Positions 53,441 through 64,000 of a DNA stretch of 64,000 bases are shown here, piece after piece. A model generated the notes under the pieces. That model saw only the letters and a list, made by a program, of their open reading frames with translations. It did not search any database and was not told the origin of the DNA. The stretch spans positions 62,186,001 to 62,250,000 of the forward strand of contig NC_042998.1 in the NCBI RefSeq assembly GCF_006345805.1, written 5' to 3'. This stretch comes from Octopus sinensis (taxonomy: Eukaryota). The position numbers were made by a program, and so were the translations under genes. Positions within the stretch are counted from its first letter, which is position 1, and the number at the start of each line of letters is the position of its first letter.

Positions 53441-54419
53441 GTGAGATTTTCACACTAACAGCATTAGTGTCGTTGTGGCTGATCATCTGTCGCTGTGACT
53501 GGAACATGTGGAGTAGCTCTGTGGTCAGAGGTTAGACCTTATAAGGACTGGAACCAAAGACGCAAGTATACTGAAAACACTCCCTTATATACAAGTAAGG
53601 TGGCTCAACAGAGCCTAGGAAATGGGACCTTAACCAAAGGCTGTGATTGGTTGGCTTTGGCCAGTGGCGCGAAATAAGTAGAGACAAATCGCGCTTAGAT
53701 GGCAACCAATCAAAATAGTGGACACAACAACGTTAAACTAGCCAAAGATGTTTGTAATCTCAAACGAGATCATTCTTAATATTTCTCTCAAACGGTGAAG
53801 ATAGCAATGAAGAAAACAATATTGCTACAGATAGCCTCTTGCCAGATGTTTTGTCACAGACAAAACGACGATAAAATTGAAGCAAAGATGATGTTTGAAC
53901 GGTTGGTCTGTGAGATTTTCACACTAACAGCATGAGTTGAATCTGTATTTATCTTGTCGTGTACATGTTGAATCTTCATAGATGGAGACGATGTTGGTAC
54001 AATGATGGCGATGACGGCGGCGGTGATAGAAGGCTTTCTGTGGTGAGTGTACATTAGCGTCGTCGTGGCTGATCGTCTGTCGCTGTGACTGGAACATGTT
54101 GAGTAGCTCTGTGGTCAGAGGTTAGCCCTGAGAAGGGCTAGAACCTAAGACGCAAGTATACTGAAAACACTCCCTTATATACAAGTAAGGTGGCTCAACA
54201 GAGCCTAGGAAATGGGACCTTAACCAAAGGCCGTGATTGGTTGGCTTTGGCCAGTGGTGCGAAATAAGTAGAAACAAATCGCACTTAGATGGCAACCAAT
54301 CAAAATAGTGGACACAACAACGTTAAACTAGCCAAAGATGTTTGTTATCTCAAACGAGATCATTCTTAATATTTCTCTCAAACGGTGAAGATAGCAATGA
54401 AGAAAACAATATTGCTACA
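53441..54419 (-). repeat. Direct repeat pair (53462-53829 and 54052-54419), LTR-like or promoter duplication
   Basis: 368 bp, offset 590, 15 mismatches by manual count, no indels. The longer unit 53909-54419 reads TGT...ACA on the minus strand. Confidence 0.9.
53582..53711 (-). promoter_or_regulatory. TATA, two CCAAT boxes and an E2F-consensus site (duplicated at 54172-54301)
   Basis: TATATAAGGG (- strand 53582-53591), CCAAT (- 53646-53650; + 53706-53710) and TTTCGCGCCA (- 53665-53674). Confidence 0.5.
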
Positions 54420-55039
54420 CCAGGATTTGAAAAATTAGGGCAGAATTTCCCCACTTATTTTGTGATTTTGTGGGGATTTTTGAAAAACAGTGAAGAATTC
54501 ACAGCAGTGTTCTGTGAAAAGATTAAACACACAACCTGGCAGTGACTAAAATGCGAACCAATCAAGTTTATGCATAAGTTTTCTTTTTATATATTTGTTT
54601 CCTTTTACACAATGGCTAAAAATTTTCTAAAGCCGCACCCCAACTAATTTTATCAATGAGCCACCACTAAAATGAATAGGTTGTGAGAGCTTTGTAAGCT
54701 ATGTACAGAGATACATCCAAGGAGATTTGGTAATGAGATCAGCAAGAAATTTATTTTTGTAGGTAGGTGTTCACCAAGGCTAAGTTCTTAGTCTCCTCCA
54801 ATTTATTATAGGTCCTCAGGCCATAAACCTGTGCTCTGTTGGTTATGACATTGAGGGTTCCAGTAGATTTGATCAATAGAACAAACTTACTCATGAAATT
54901 AACATGCAAGTGGCTGAGTACACCACAAACGTGTACTCTTAATGTATTTCTCAGGGAGATCTTTTTAATCTTGCCAGAGAACAGATGTCTCTAACACAGG
55001 TATTGTGATAAACTAGTACTCTGTCAGTTATGAAGACAA

Positions 55040-55335
55040 GGGTTCTAGTTGATCCAATCAATAGAACAGCCAGCTTGTGGAATCAACATGCAAGTGGCTG
55101 AGTACTCCTCAAATATGCATACCCTTAATGTAGTTCTCCAGGAGATTCAGCATGACACAGAATGTGATAAGGCTGGCCCTTTGAAATACAGTTACAACTC
55201 ATTTTTGTAAGCTGAGTGCACTGGAGCAATGTGAAAGAAAGTGTCTTGCTTAAGGACACAGCATACTGATGGGAATTGAATTCATGGCCTTAAGTTCATG
55301 AACCAAATATCCTCACCACTGAGCCATGCACCTAA
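55040..55335 (-). mobile_element. Third tRNA-derived SINE family; related pieces near 4050-4260, 23200-23380, 39000-39175, 46010-46145, 54870-54960
   Basis: Shared ctggagcaatgtgaaa..aagtgtcttgct.aagga.acaac block next to a tRNA-like head on the minus strand. Confidence 0.65.
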
Positions 55336-56083
55336 GGCCATAACAGAAAAGAGTAAGATCAGTTATCCACAGGAACTTCTGTAAACCAATGACATAGTTT
55401 TCCCTGCTGAATCAAAGTACAGTGATACTTTGCAGAATGAGTTTACTTCATTCCATGACCGAGCTTGTCTTATGATTTACTCATTTTACAAATCAATTTT
55501 CCACATTGAAATTAACTAAAAGATAATTAATCCATTCCAGCCCACAAAGACTACTCAAAAATAATTTTTTATGAATTTTAAAACAGAAGAGGTGTAGTTA
55601 CAAGTAAAATGACAATTATAAAAAAGAGAATGCAAAAGAAATATGTAAACTGGTTTTATTAACTGAATTACTTTAAAGATGGAATGATTTGTGTGCTTGT
55701 ATGATCTCCGCTTGTACTTTGAGACAAAAATTTGCACGAGCCTCAGCTCATACAGCAAATTACTCATACAATGGGGTACTCATCTGTGAGGTTCTACTGT
55801 ATTAGAGAATAAATTCCAAACAGAAGCTAACCAAAAATTACAAGGTCTCAAAGTAGATTTAGCAAAGACAAAGCTTTATCTCACTGGAAAGATAATAGTA
55901 GGAGGCCTCCAAACTTTACCCAAGTTATTCTTATTCTAGCAGCTACACTCTCAGAGCATCCATCCCCGCAACTTACTTGGTCACCTAGGTAACGTAAGCT
56001 ATCAACTACTTCTAGTTTTTTCCCCTGGCATGTGATGGAATCTGTTTTCTGTACATCTTTGGTGTCTATTGTTCCTGTGCATC

Positions 56084-56144
<61 letters not shown>

Positions 56145-56169
56145 ACATATATTCGAAATATATATAAAT

Positions 56170-57100
56170 TGAAATCAAATTTGATGATTGGCATCCGTGC
56201 TAGTGGAGCACTAAGCGCACCTTCCAAGTGTTATCATTAACAGACCGGCTAAATGGCGTTTGTGCTGGTGGAACCTAAAAAGCACCATTCGAGTGTGATC
56301 ATTACCAGTGTCACCTTACTGGCACTTGTGCTGGTGTGCAGGTGACACATAAAAAAAAAACATGATTTTTTTTGTGGCCATTGCTAGGACTGCCCGACTA
56401 GCCCTCGTGCCGGTGGTACGTAAAAGCACCCACTACACTCTCAGAGTGGTTGGTGTTAAGAAGGGCATCCAGCTGCAGAAACTCTGCCAGATCAAGATTG
56501 GAACCTGGTGCAGCCATCTGGTTCATCAGTCCTCAGTCAAATCGTCCAACCCATGCTAGCATGGAAAGCAGACGTTAAACTATGATGATGATGATGATAT
56601 TGTAGTCGTGAGCGATGCTACTTGATTTGCACCCATGTTGGTAGCACATAAAAACACTACTCACGTGTGCCCGATGCCAGTGCTACCTGACTGGCTCCCA
56701 GGCCAGTGGCATGTAAAAAGCACCATTCGAGCATGTCCAATGCCAGTACCGCCTGACTGGCTCCCGTTCAGGTGACACCTAAAAGGCGCCATTTGAGCAT
56801 AGCCAATGCCAGGGCTGCTTAACTGGTGCCCGTGTTGGTGGTACAGAAAAAGCATCATTTGAACATGGCTGATGCCAGTGACACCTGACTGGTACCTGTG
56901 CCATTGGCATGTAAAAAGCACCCACTACACTCTCAGAGTGGTTGGTGTTAGGAAGGCCATCCAGTTGTAGAAACCTTGCCAGATCAGATTGGAGCCTGGT
57001 GCAGCCTCCTGGTTTGTCAGTCCTCTGTCAAACTGTCCAACCCATGCCAGCATGGAAAGCGGATGTTGAACAATGAGGATGATGACGATGATGATGATGA
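56170..57100 (+). mobile_element. Two tandem RTE 3' ends (about 56170-56600 and 56630-57100)
   Basis: Each has minisatellite units, the aaaagcacccactacactctcagagtggttgg block and a (GAT)n tail. Confidence 0.85.
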
Positions 57101-57120
57101 TATATATATACATATATACA

Positions 57121-57502
57121 GGTGCAGGTTTGGTTGTGTGGTAAGAAGTTTGCTTCACAACCACATGGCTCTGGGTTCAGTCCTACTGTGTGGCACCTTG
57201 GACAAGTGTCTTCTAGTATAGCCTTGGGCTGACCAAAGCCTTGTGAGTGAATTTGGTAGACAGAAACTGAAAGAAGCCTGTCATATATATATATTTGTGT
57301 CTTTGTATCTGTGTTTGTTCCCCATCACTGCTCGAAAACTGGTGTTGGTGTGTTTACATCCCCGTAATTCAGCGGTTCACCTAAAGCGACCAATAGAATA
57401 AGCACCAGGCTTTAAAAAGTATAAGCATTGGGGTAAATTTGTTTGACCTTTCAAGGTATTGCCCCAGCATGGCCACAAATCCAATGACTAAGACAAGTGA
57501 AG
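57121..57502 (+). mobile_element. SINE family A, full length; further partial copies near 3183, 8250, 11130, 19560, 20700, 24530, 37240, 48590
   Basis: Head, CORE-like centre and tail all present. Confidence 0.8.
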
Positions 57503-57649
57503 GCAAAAATGAAAAAAAGGTACTCTGAAGATACAATAGAGGTTGGCCCCATCTGTTACCTTGGTGACATGACGAGCAGTAGAATAGGGTGTTCAGAAAG
57601 CACAGCTGCTCAAGTAAGAATAAGATCATATTGCAATTATCGCTGCTAA

Positions 57650-57961
57650 AGTACTCTTCCATATTTTTGGGATGAGGAATTATTTACATTATTTACAATG
57701 GACGGACAGGTGTCCTCATCTTGTTTGTTGTTACCATAATGTTTCGGTTGATGTACTCTCCAGCCTTCATCAGGTGTTCTGCTAGAATTTCGAACCCAAC
57801 TCTTTATTTGATTAATGGGGTACACTGTTCTCATTCTTAAGGTATGTTGCTGATGTTATTTTTCTGGCGATATCATTTTTCAAGTCCCTCCCTGGGATTG
57901 AACTTAGAATCCGAGGGTTAGTAGCTGGCACTCTTATCCACTACGCTATATGCCCGTGGGC
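57650..57961 (-). mobile_element. Full minus arm of the hammerhead element with tRNA head and centre motif
   Basis: Contains tail, degenerate hammerhead and head, and ends tatatgccc-gt-gggc, the start of a truncated partner arm. Confidence 0.82.
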
Positions 57962-58004
57962 TTAATTTTCTATGGGCATATAACAAGGTAATAAAACGAT
58001 TTAA

Positions 58005-58255
58005 TTTCTGAGTAAAGTAAAGGGCAGATTATATGACACTTGTGTACGAAGTGTGTTGCTGTATGGTAGCGGAATATGGGCCTGAAGTGTGGAGAATCTA
58101 CAAGAGGAAGAAACCTGCAGAAGCTGAAGATCAAGAAAGACATGGGAAAAAGTTGTGGAAGACGATTTCAAGAAGTCGAACCTCATGAGGAAACATGTGA
58201 CGAAATGCTGTGTTAGAGAAGAGCCGTTCAACACAAGCAAACATGGCAATGATGA
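58005..58255 (+). mobile_element. Internally deleted RTE ORF fragment
   Basis: RVKGRLYDTCVRSVLLYGSGIW followed by RKTWEKVVEDDFKK. Confidence 0.7.
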
Positions 58256-59218
58256 ATGCAAAATATTGGTGGTGATAATTCATTTTTGTATACATATATA
58301 TTAGTAACACATATACGTGTATATACACACATACTATATATATAGGTTTGGGATCTGACAATACGCTGTAACGCTAAGCGCTGTACGGACGTGAAACCCA
58401 GCGTAAACCCATAAACCGGCTTTATCTAAATTTACATATATATATACACACACATATATATATATATATATATGTGATAAATAAAAATATATGCATACAT
58501 ACAAACATATATATACGTACCTACATCTACATGTATATATACATGCATATATAAATAAATATACGTAAGTACAGGACGCCACAAGACGTAGAAACGGGAA
58601 AAACAAAAATTTTACAAGTACAGGACAGACTACACAAGGAAAAATCCAAAAATTTTTTACAACAAGAAGACAAGTACAGGACATGCTACACAAGGAAAAA
58701 TCCACAATCATCAGCTGTCGCTAGTTAACTCAGGCGTGTTTCGAAGGCAAGACAGGACACTCGTTAACTAAGCCTTCCTGCGAGAGAATTAAAATAAAAT
58801 TCCAAGTTGCGGGGTAAAACGGGTAAGAACACAAACAGGATGTAACAATAAAACTGCACAATAAAATACAAGATAAAAATACATGTACAAAAAAATACAA
58901 GACGAGAAATAAAAAGGGAATACAATACGGGAAATCATATATATGTATGTATGTATGTATATATATATATATATATAATATATATATATATATACAGTTC
59001 AATTGAAAACTCCACCAGAATGGACGAAAGCGATATATGATATAAGTTATATGATGTATAAAAACATGTAATATACAAATAAATATCTATAAATATAAAA
59101 CCATCCGAATTTCTGAGTACCTCATTTCTTATTAATATAAAATACCTGTACATCATCTCCAAACCTTCTAATATATATATACATGTATATGGTCTCTTAG
59201 ACGACTCACGTATACACA

Positions 59219-59436
59219 CGATGGGGTGCTGAAAAGTTCCTGGCTTTAGGTAAAAGAAAATACAGGAGGATTAGTTACTTATGATTTTATTCAACATATT
59301 CCCCTCTCAGTTTCACACACTTATTGTAGCGGTCCTCTGTATTTTCTAAGCCCGGTAGAAGAATTCGGAAGGTCGGGTCTCCAACCAGGCCTTTCGCAAC
59401 ACCCTTAAAGCCGAGAGCTTTTTCAGCACGCCCTTG
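59219..59436 (-). mobile_element. mariner-derived MITE
   Basis: TIR gggtgctgaaaagttcc..ggcttt / aaagcc..agc.ttttcagcac; minus strand encodes DRYNKCVKLRGEYVE*, a mariner C-terminus. Confidence 0.75.
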
Positions 59437-59656
59437 TACCTACACATACGTATATCTGTAAACATGTATATATTTATATAAGACGTACATACAAAAATAT
59501 ATCTACACATCAATTTACCTTTACACACATATATGTACCTACAAAGACACACACACACACACATATATGGTCACTCATAAATACACAAACATATGTATCT
59601 ACACGTATTTTTAAACATATAATCTACATAAACACTCCACCACCGTATACATGTGA

Positions 59657-59723
<67 letters not shown>

Positions 59724-59855
59724 CACACGCGCGCCCGTGTATACGTTCAAGCATAAGACGACAGAGATGATCAGGTTTGTAAAATCTGTCGCTAAAATAA
59801 TTAAACCATCATCCCTGATAGAAGTAAGTGGCGCTGCAGAAAAAAAGCAGTCGAA

Positions 59856-60016
59856 ATGGTAAAATCTCGTGTGATAATGCGAGATGTGACGTGGAGCCAA
59901 TGGAGGATGTGGCAGTGGTTGCCACATGTCTGCGTCAGGGCCATGACGCAGCACCCGCAACTATTCGTTTTAATCTTCCTTTTGGTCGTGGCTTTTATTT
60001 CTAGATATGGAAACAG
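59856..60016 (+). CDS. Candidate first coding exon of an unidentified gene with an N-terminal signal anchor or TM segment
   Basis: Non-repetitive ATG-initiated frame MVKSRVIMRDVTWSQWRMWQWLPHVCVRAMTQHPQLFVLIFLLVVAFISRYGN(R) ending at AG|gtttgt, in a CpG-retaining region. No family recognised and no next exon found. Confidence 0.5.
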
Positions 60017-63000
60017 GTTTGTATATTGTTCTAACATTCATTCATCAGCTAAATGAATTAATTAAATCATCGATCGTGTCTGTTTTGCCTTGCTATTTCG
60101 CCGCTTGTAGCCAAGTAACTGCGGCTAGTCGGCCCTGTTATGGTTATATAGATATATATATGTTTGTATACATGTATGTTACAATAGTCTAGTCTTTCGC
60201 ATGTATTGTTATGGTAATTTATTTAATGTTGAGAAAAAGTTAAACGATCAACTGATATTTTAATTTATATTTACAGAAAACCCTCCTTGTAAAAATTCAT
60301 TTCTAAAACTTCTTTTCACACGCATATACACACATATATGTATACATGTATTCTAAATGTACGTAGATTAACTTATTTAGTTTATTTGGAATATAATATG
60401 ATTTATTTAATCCGTCATGAAGCCGGGTCTTGTTTATTTAAGATGATGTTGAGGAATGTTAAATTGAATCTGGTATATTGGCAGGTTACTTTATTTTATC
60501 GACCACACCGGAAGGACGAAAAGTACAGGATTTGAACTCCGAACATTTAGGGTTGTCAGTTAATATCACATATAATTTTATCTTATGCTCTTACGACTCT
60601 GCTAACCCTTGAAATATACTCACACCTATCCAAACAGCATGACTAAAAAAAAAAAAAACCTGCAATAGTAATTCAATATCGGTTTAAAAAGTCCGTGTTT
60701 ACAAACATAAACGAAAGTTTGGATGACCACCCCTCCCGTCTGTTAGACTGGTAACTTACATATTTGCTGTGTTCGTCTGTAGAGAGAAAAAAAAATGGGA
60801 TGCTGGTAGAAAACTATACTCGTTGTTTTCGTAGAACTGACAGGCTATATCATCATTAGATTACAATAATCCTCCAGCTGACATTGGTAAACCCAACACC
60901 AATGGAGTTAACAATGTTGCAAATGAAAGTAACACAAGGAGAACCGTGTTCGTTCGACCGGCTAGAAGAAATAGCAGTTAAATTTACTTCTAATTACACC
61001 CTTCTCTCTTTAAAAATCATCTTGGATACTGCAACTGAAAGACAGGATTTATCATATGGTCGTGGCTGGAACGCCGTTGATCATTGCTGACCTTTGGCTA
61101 AATGTCATAATTACCGAATTATAGTGATTATGTTAAATTAACGATGTTTGTTAATCTAATTACGTTTCATAACAACACCGACGATGGTCGTTGCTTACAG
61201 CAGAAACTAAAACATGTTTTACCGCTTTCTATTTATTCTTCATATAATATATGATTTATTTGTGTTCTGAGTTAAGTCTTCGATTATGTGCAGTTCCTGG
61301 ATAGAGAACAGCAGTAATTGCTAATAAATGGGCCCAGATGGAAGACGTATGAATAAATAACCACAAGAAATATTCAAAATAGGTACAAGAAATATGATCT
61401 TTAACAAATATTTCTGACTTGGGTGAATAACATGTGATGTTTATTGCCTTTTCCAACATCATAAACATTTTTTCTAGTAATGTAGAATGATTTCTATCGA
61501 CAAGGTTCGTACAATATTGTTAATAAATCCGGGCCAGATGTGGAGTGTAAGCCCTTCACCACTTCTATCAACAATTTTTAATTATTCAGTATTTTTAGTA
61601 ATTAACGCTAAATACATATCATTTATGCATCGGTTGTTGGTATGTACATGTAATGTATGTGATGTATTGCCAGCAGAACAAAATATAAATGAAATTAAAA
61701 ACGATTTATATATTGTTCTTTATCAAAAGACCTTTCTCCTTTGCTTGTAACCGGGGGTAGAGTGTAACATCTTTTAAAATCATGGGTCCATGCTAACTGA
61801 CTTAGATACCCCGTTCTCTGTGTTCTGATCAGCTTATGGGAAATCGAAACCGGGTCGCGTTCTCTGTTCCTCGAAAGCTACTCATATAGGGTTATCGTCT
61901 TCATTTGAAAGGATTTCTTTTGACAAGAGGCAAGTTGTTTAGCCCCAGGTCAGCCTTGATTGCGCAGTCAGTCATATAATCAAAGACCTTCGAGCTGCGG
62001 CCATTCCGTCTTTCTTGTGAATATATGTAAGATTACGTTTTGTAACATATCCTTTCCTTTTGAGACAGCAGAGTGACTCGAGGGATATTTAGGTGCTATT
62101 TTTAGGAAATCGAACATCCACATACAGACTCTTGCTGGCTCGTCTGTAGAGGAGTCATGTACGCGTGGCAGAATTAGTCGTTGTGTGTGTGTGGGGGATT
62201 CTTGCAAATCCCAAGGATATTACTAGTATATATGAACTAGTTTCAGTTGCAATTAAGATGTATACGAGTTTATAATTCTGAATATATCCACATTTATGAT
62301 CATATATATGTGTGTGTTCACACAAATATATGCTTTGAATATATGTAATTTAATTATAAAACACTAACTGCATTTACACACATCCTTCCACGAGCGAGTC
62401 AATAAGGGCAACAGCCTTTATGTGGTGGTCGATCTCCTAGAAACAACAGTCAAATTCCTGCTATCAAAAAGGAAATAATTCGATAATGCAGTCGTGGCAA
62501 GATTAGCCCTAGCTAGAACATTTTTGCCGTCTTTCATCATTAAGGTCTGCTCAAATCAGAACTGACCTGATGTTAAACATCAACATTAATTTCTTACTAT
62601 CAGCTGGAACTAGAATCGACCAAAAACTAAATGCAGTTTTTTTTTTCATATTATTATTGACTATTTTTAATGGAATTTGAAAGATTCTTGTTTCTTTCCC
62701 ATCGTCGTCGCCTCAACATGTTTAGTAAATCATGTCACTACTATGCTTCATCTATCTATCTATCTATCTATCTATCTGTCTATCTATTTATCTGTCTATC
62801 TATCTGTCTGTCTACCATTGTATGTAAGCATGCATGTATGTATGTATGTATATATATTGAAAATGTACGGGATATCTTGTAGATGGTTTATTTTCAAAGG
62901 CTTAACCGGTTTCACAGATTTTTTCTGATTTTCAAAAGTGAGGTAGAAAGACGCGGGGGCTATGCCGCAGCAACTGTCATGATTCTTATATACATACATA

Positions 63001-63031
63001 CATACATACACACATACACACACACACACAC

Positions 63032-63102
<71 letters not shown>

Positions 63103-63340
63103 TGTGTTTTATTGAAGTTGAAAATGCTTTAGTGAAAATGATGCTTCAAACCGTTACATTGCTCAAAATATTCCCGACTGTCTGACGATCAGTTACAAGA
63201 AACTCTGAGTAACAGTCTGTGAAGTCTTTTCCGTTTCAATGCAACACTATTTCACTCTCTCTTTGGTATCCGGGTACGATTTTCTTTGCCTTGTTTTGCA
63301 CCTGTGTGCTCGCATGTGTGTTCCTGCGTGTATCTCCCTT

Positions 63341-63766
63341 TTCTTTTACTTGTTTCAGTCATTTGACTGCGGCCATGCTGGAGCACCGCCTTTAGTCGAG
63401 CAAATCGGCCCTAGGACTTATTCTTTGGAAGCCTAGTACTTTTTCTGTCAGTGTCTTTTGCCGAACCGCTAAGTTACGGAGACTTAAACACACCAGCATC
63501 AGTTGTCAAGCGATGTTGCGGGGACAAACACAGACACAAACATAATCCACTCACAAGGCTTTGGTAGGTTCGAGGCTATAATAATAATAATAATAATAAT
63601 AATAATTGTGTACAGTGCTCAGGTGCACTACAACTCATCTAAAGTGTATATATAATCAGGTGTAGTTTCGGCGGATTTAGTAGAAGACACTTGCCCAACG
63701 TGCCACGCAGTGGGAATGAACCTAGAACCATCTGGTTGGTAAGCAAGCTACTTACCACACAGCCAC
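63341..63766 (-). mobile_element. SINE family A with a ~100-bp (AAT)n-tailed insertion at 63578-63678
   Basis: CpG-retaining copy; the insert splits ggctata|gtagaag and resembles a LINE 3' end on the minus strand. Confidence 0.8.
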
Positions 63767-64000
63767 ATTTACTTATTCATTTTCTTGCTTCGATCATTGC
63801 ACTACGTTTTGCTGAACCGCTAATTTGCAGGGACGTAAATAAACCAACACCGTCGCCGTTTTTCAGGCTATGGGGAACAATACAAGCTTGACATACACGC
63901 ACGCATCTCAGCTTTTAATCTACTAAAATGTATTGCGTTATTCTTCAGTTTAAAGTTAAACTGTTTTTATATAACCCGACGTAGAAATAAACCCACGCAC

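Noticed and set aside
60884-61090. Second exon of the 59856 gene
   Set aside because: Overlaps an old SINE-like segment (gctagaagaaatagcag...tacacccttctctctttaaaaa) and has no convincing acceptor.

Overview
Eukaryotic, AT-rich, repeat-dense DNA. The repeat families are ones I recognise from Octopus/coleoid cephalopod genomes; this assignment is an inference. The one securely identified gene is a + strand BTBD10/KCTD20 orthologue with eight GT-AG exons (11917-32926) that splice in frame to about 458 aa, including a lineage-specific Gly-rich tail. Its 5' exon(s) were not identified. A probable first exon of a second gene with a hydrophobic anchor lies at 59856-60016, in a CpG-retaining zone. 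Most of the rest is tRNA-derived SINEs, 5'-truncated RTE LINE ends carrying an internal minisatellite, MITEs (piggyBac-, hAT-, Tc1/mariner-, pogo- and Helentron-like) and microsatellites. The most unusual signal is a family at six loci in which a tRNA-like head is fused to a Penelope-type minimal hammerhead ribozyme; at four of the loci the arms form head-to-head palindromes. Other signals worth checking: a degraded ORF with tyrosine-recombinase-like motifs downstream of a duplicated CCAAT/E2F/TATA, LTR-like unit (52.7-54.4 kb); an intronic 18S rRNA 5' fragment; an R2-like RLE retrotransposon fragment; and BTBD10 residues that A-to-I editing could restore to the vertebrate state. Repeat boundaries are approximate (about 10 bp) and no database searches were run.
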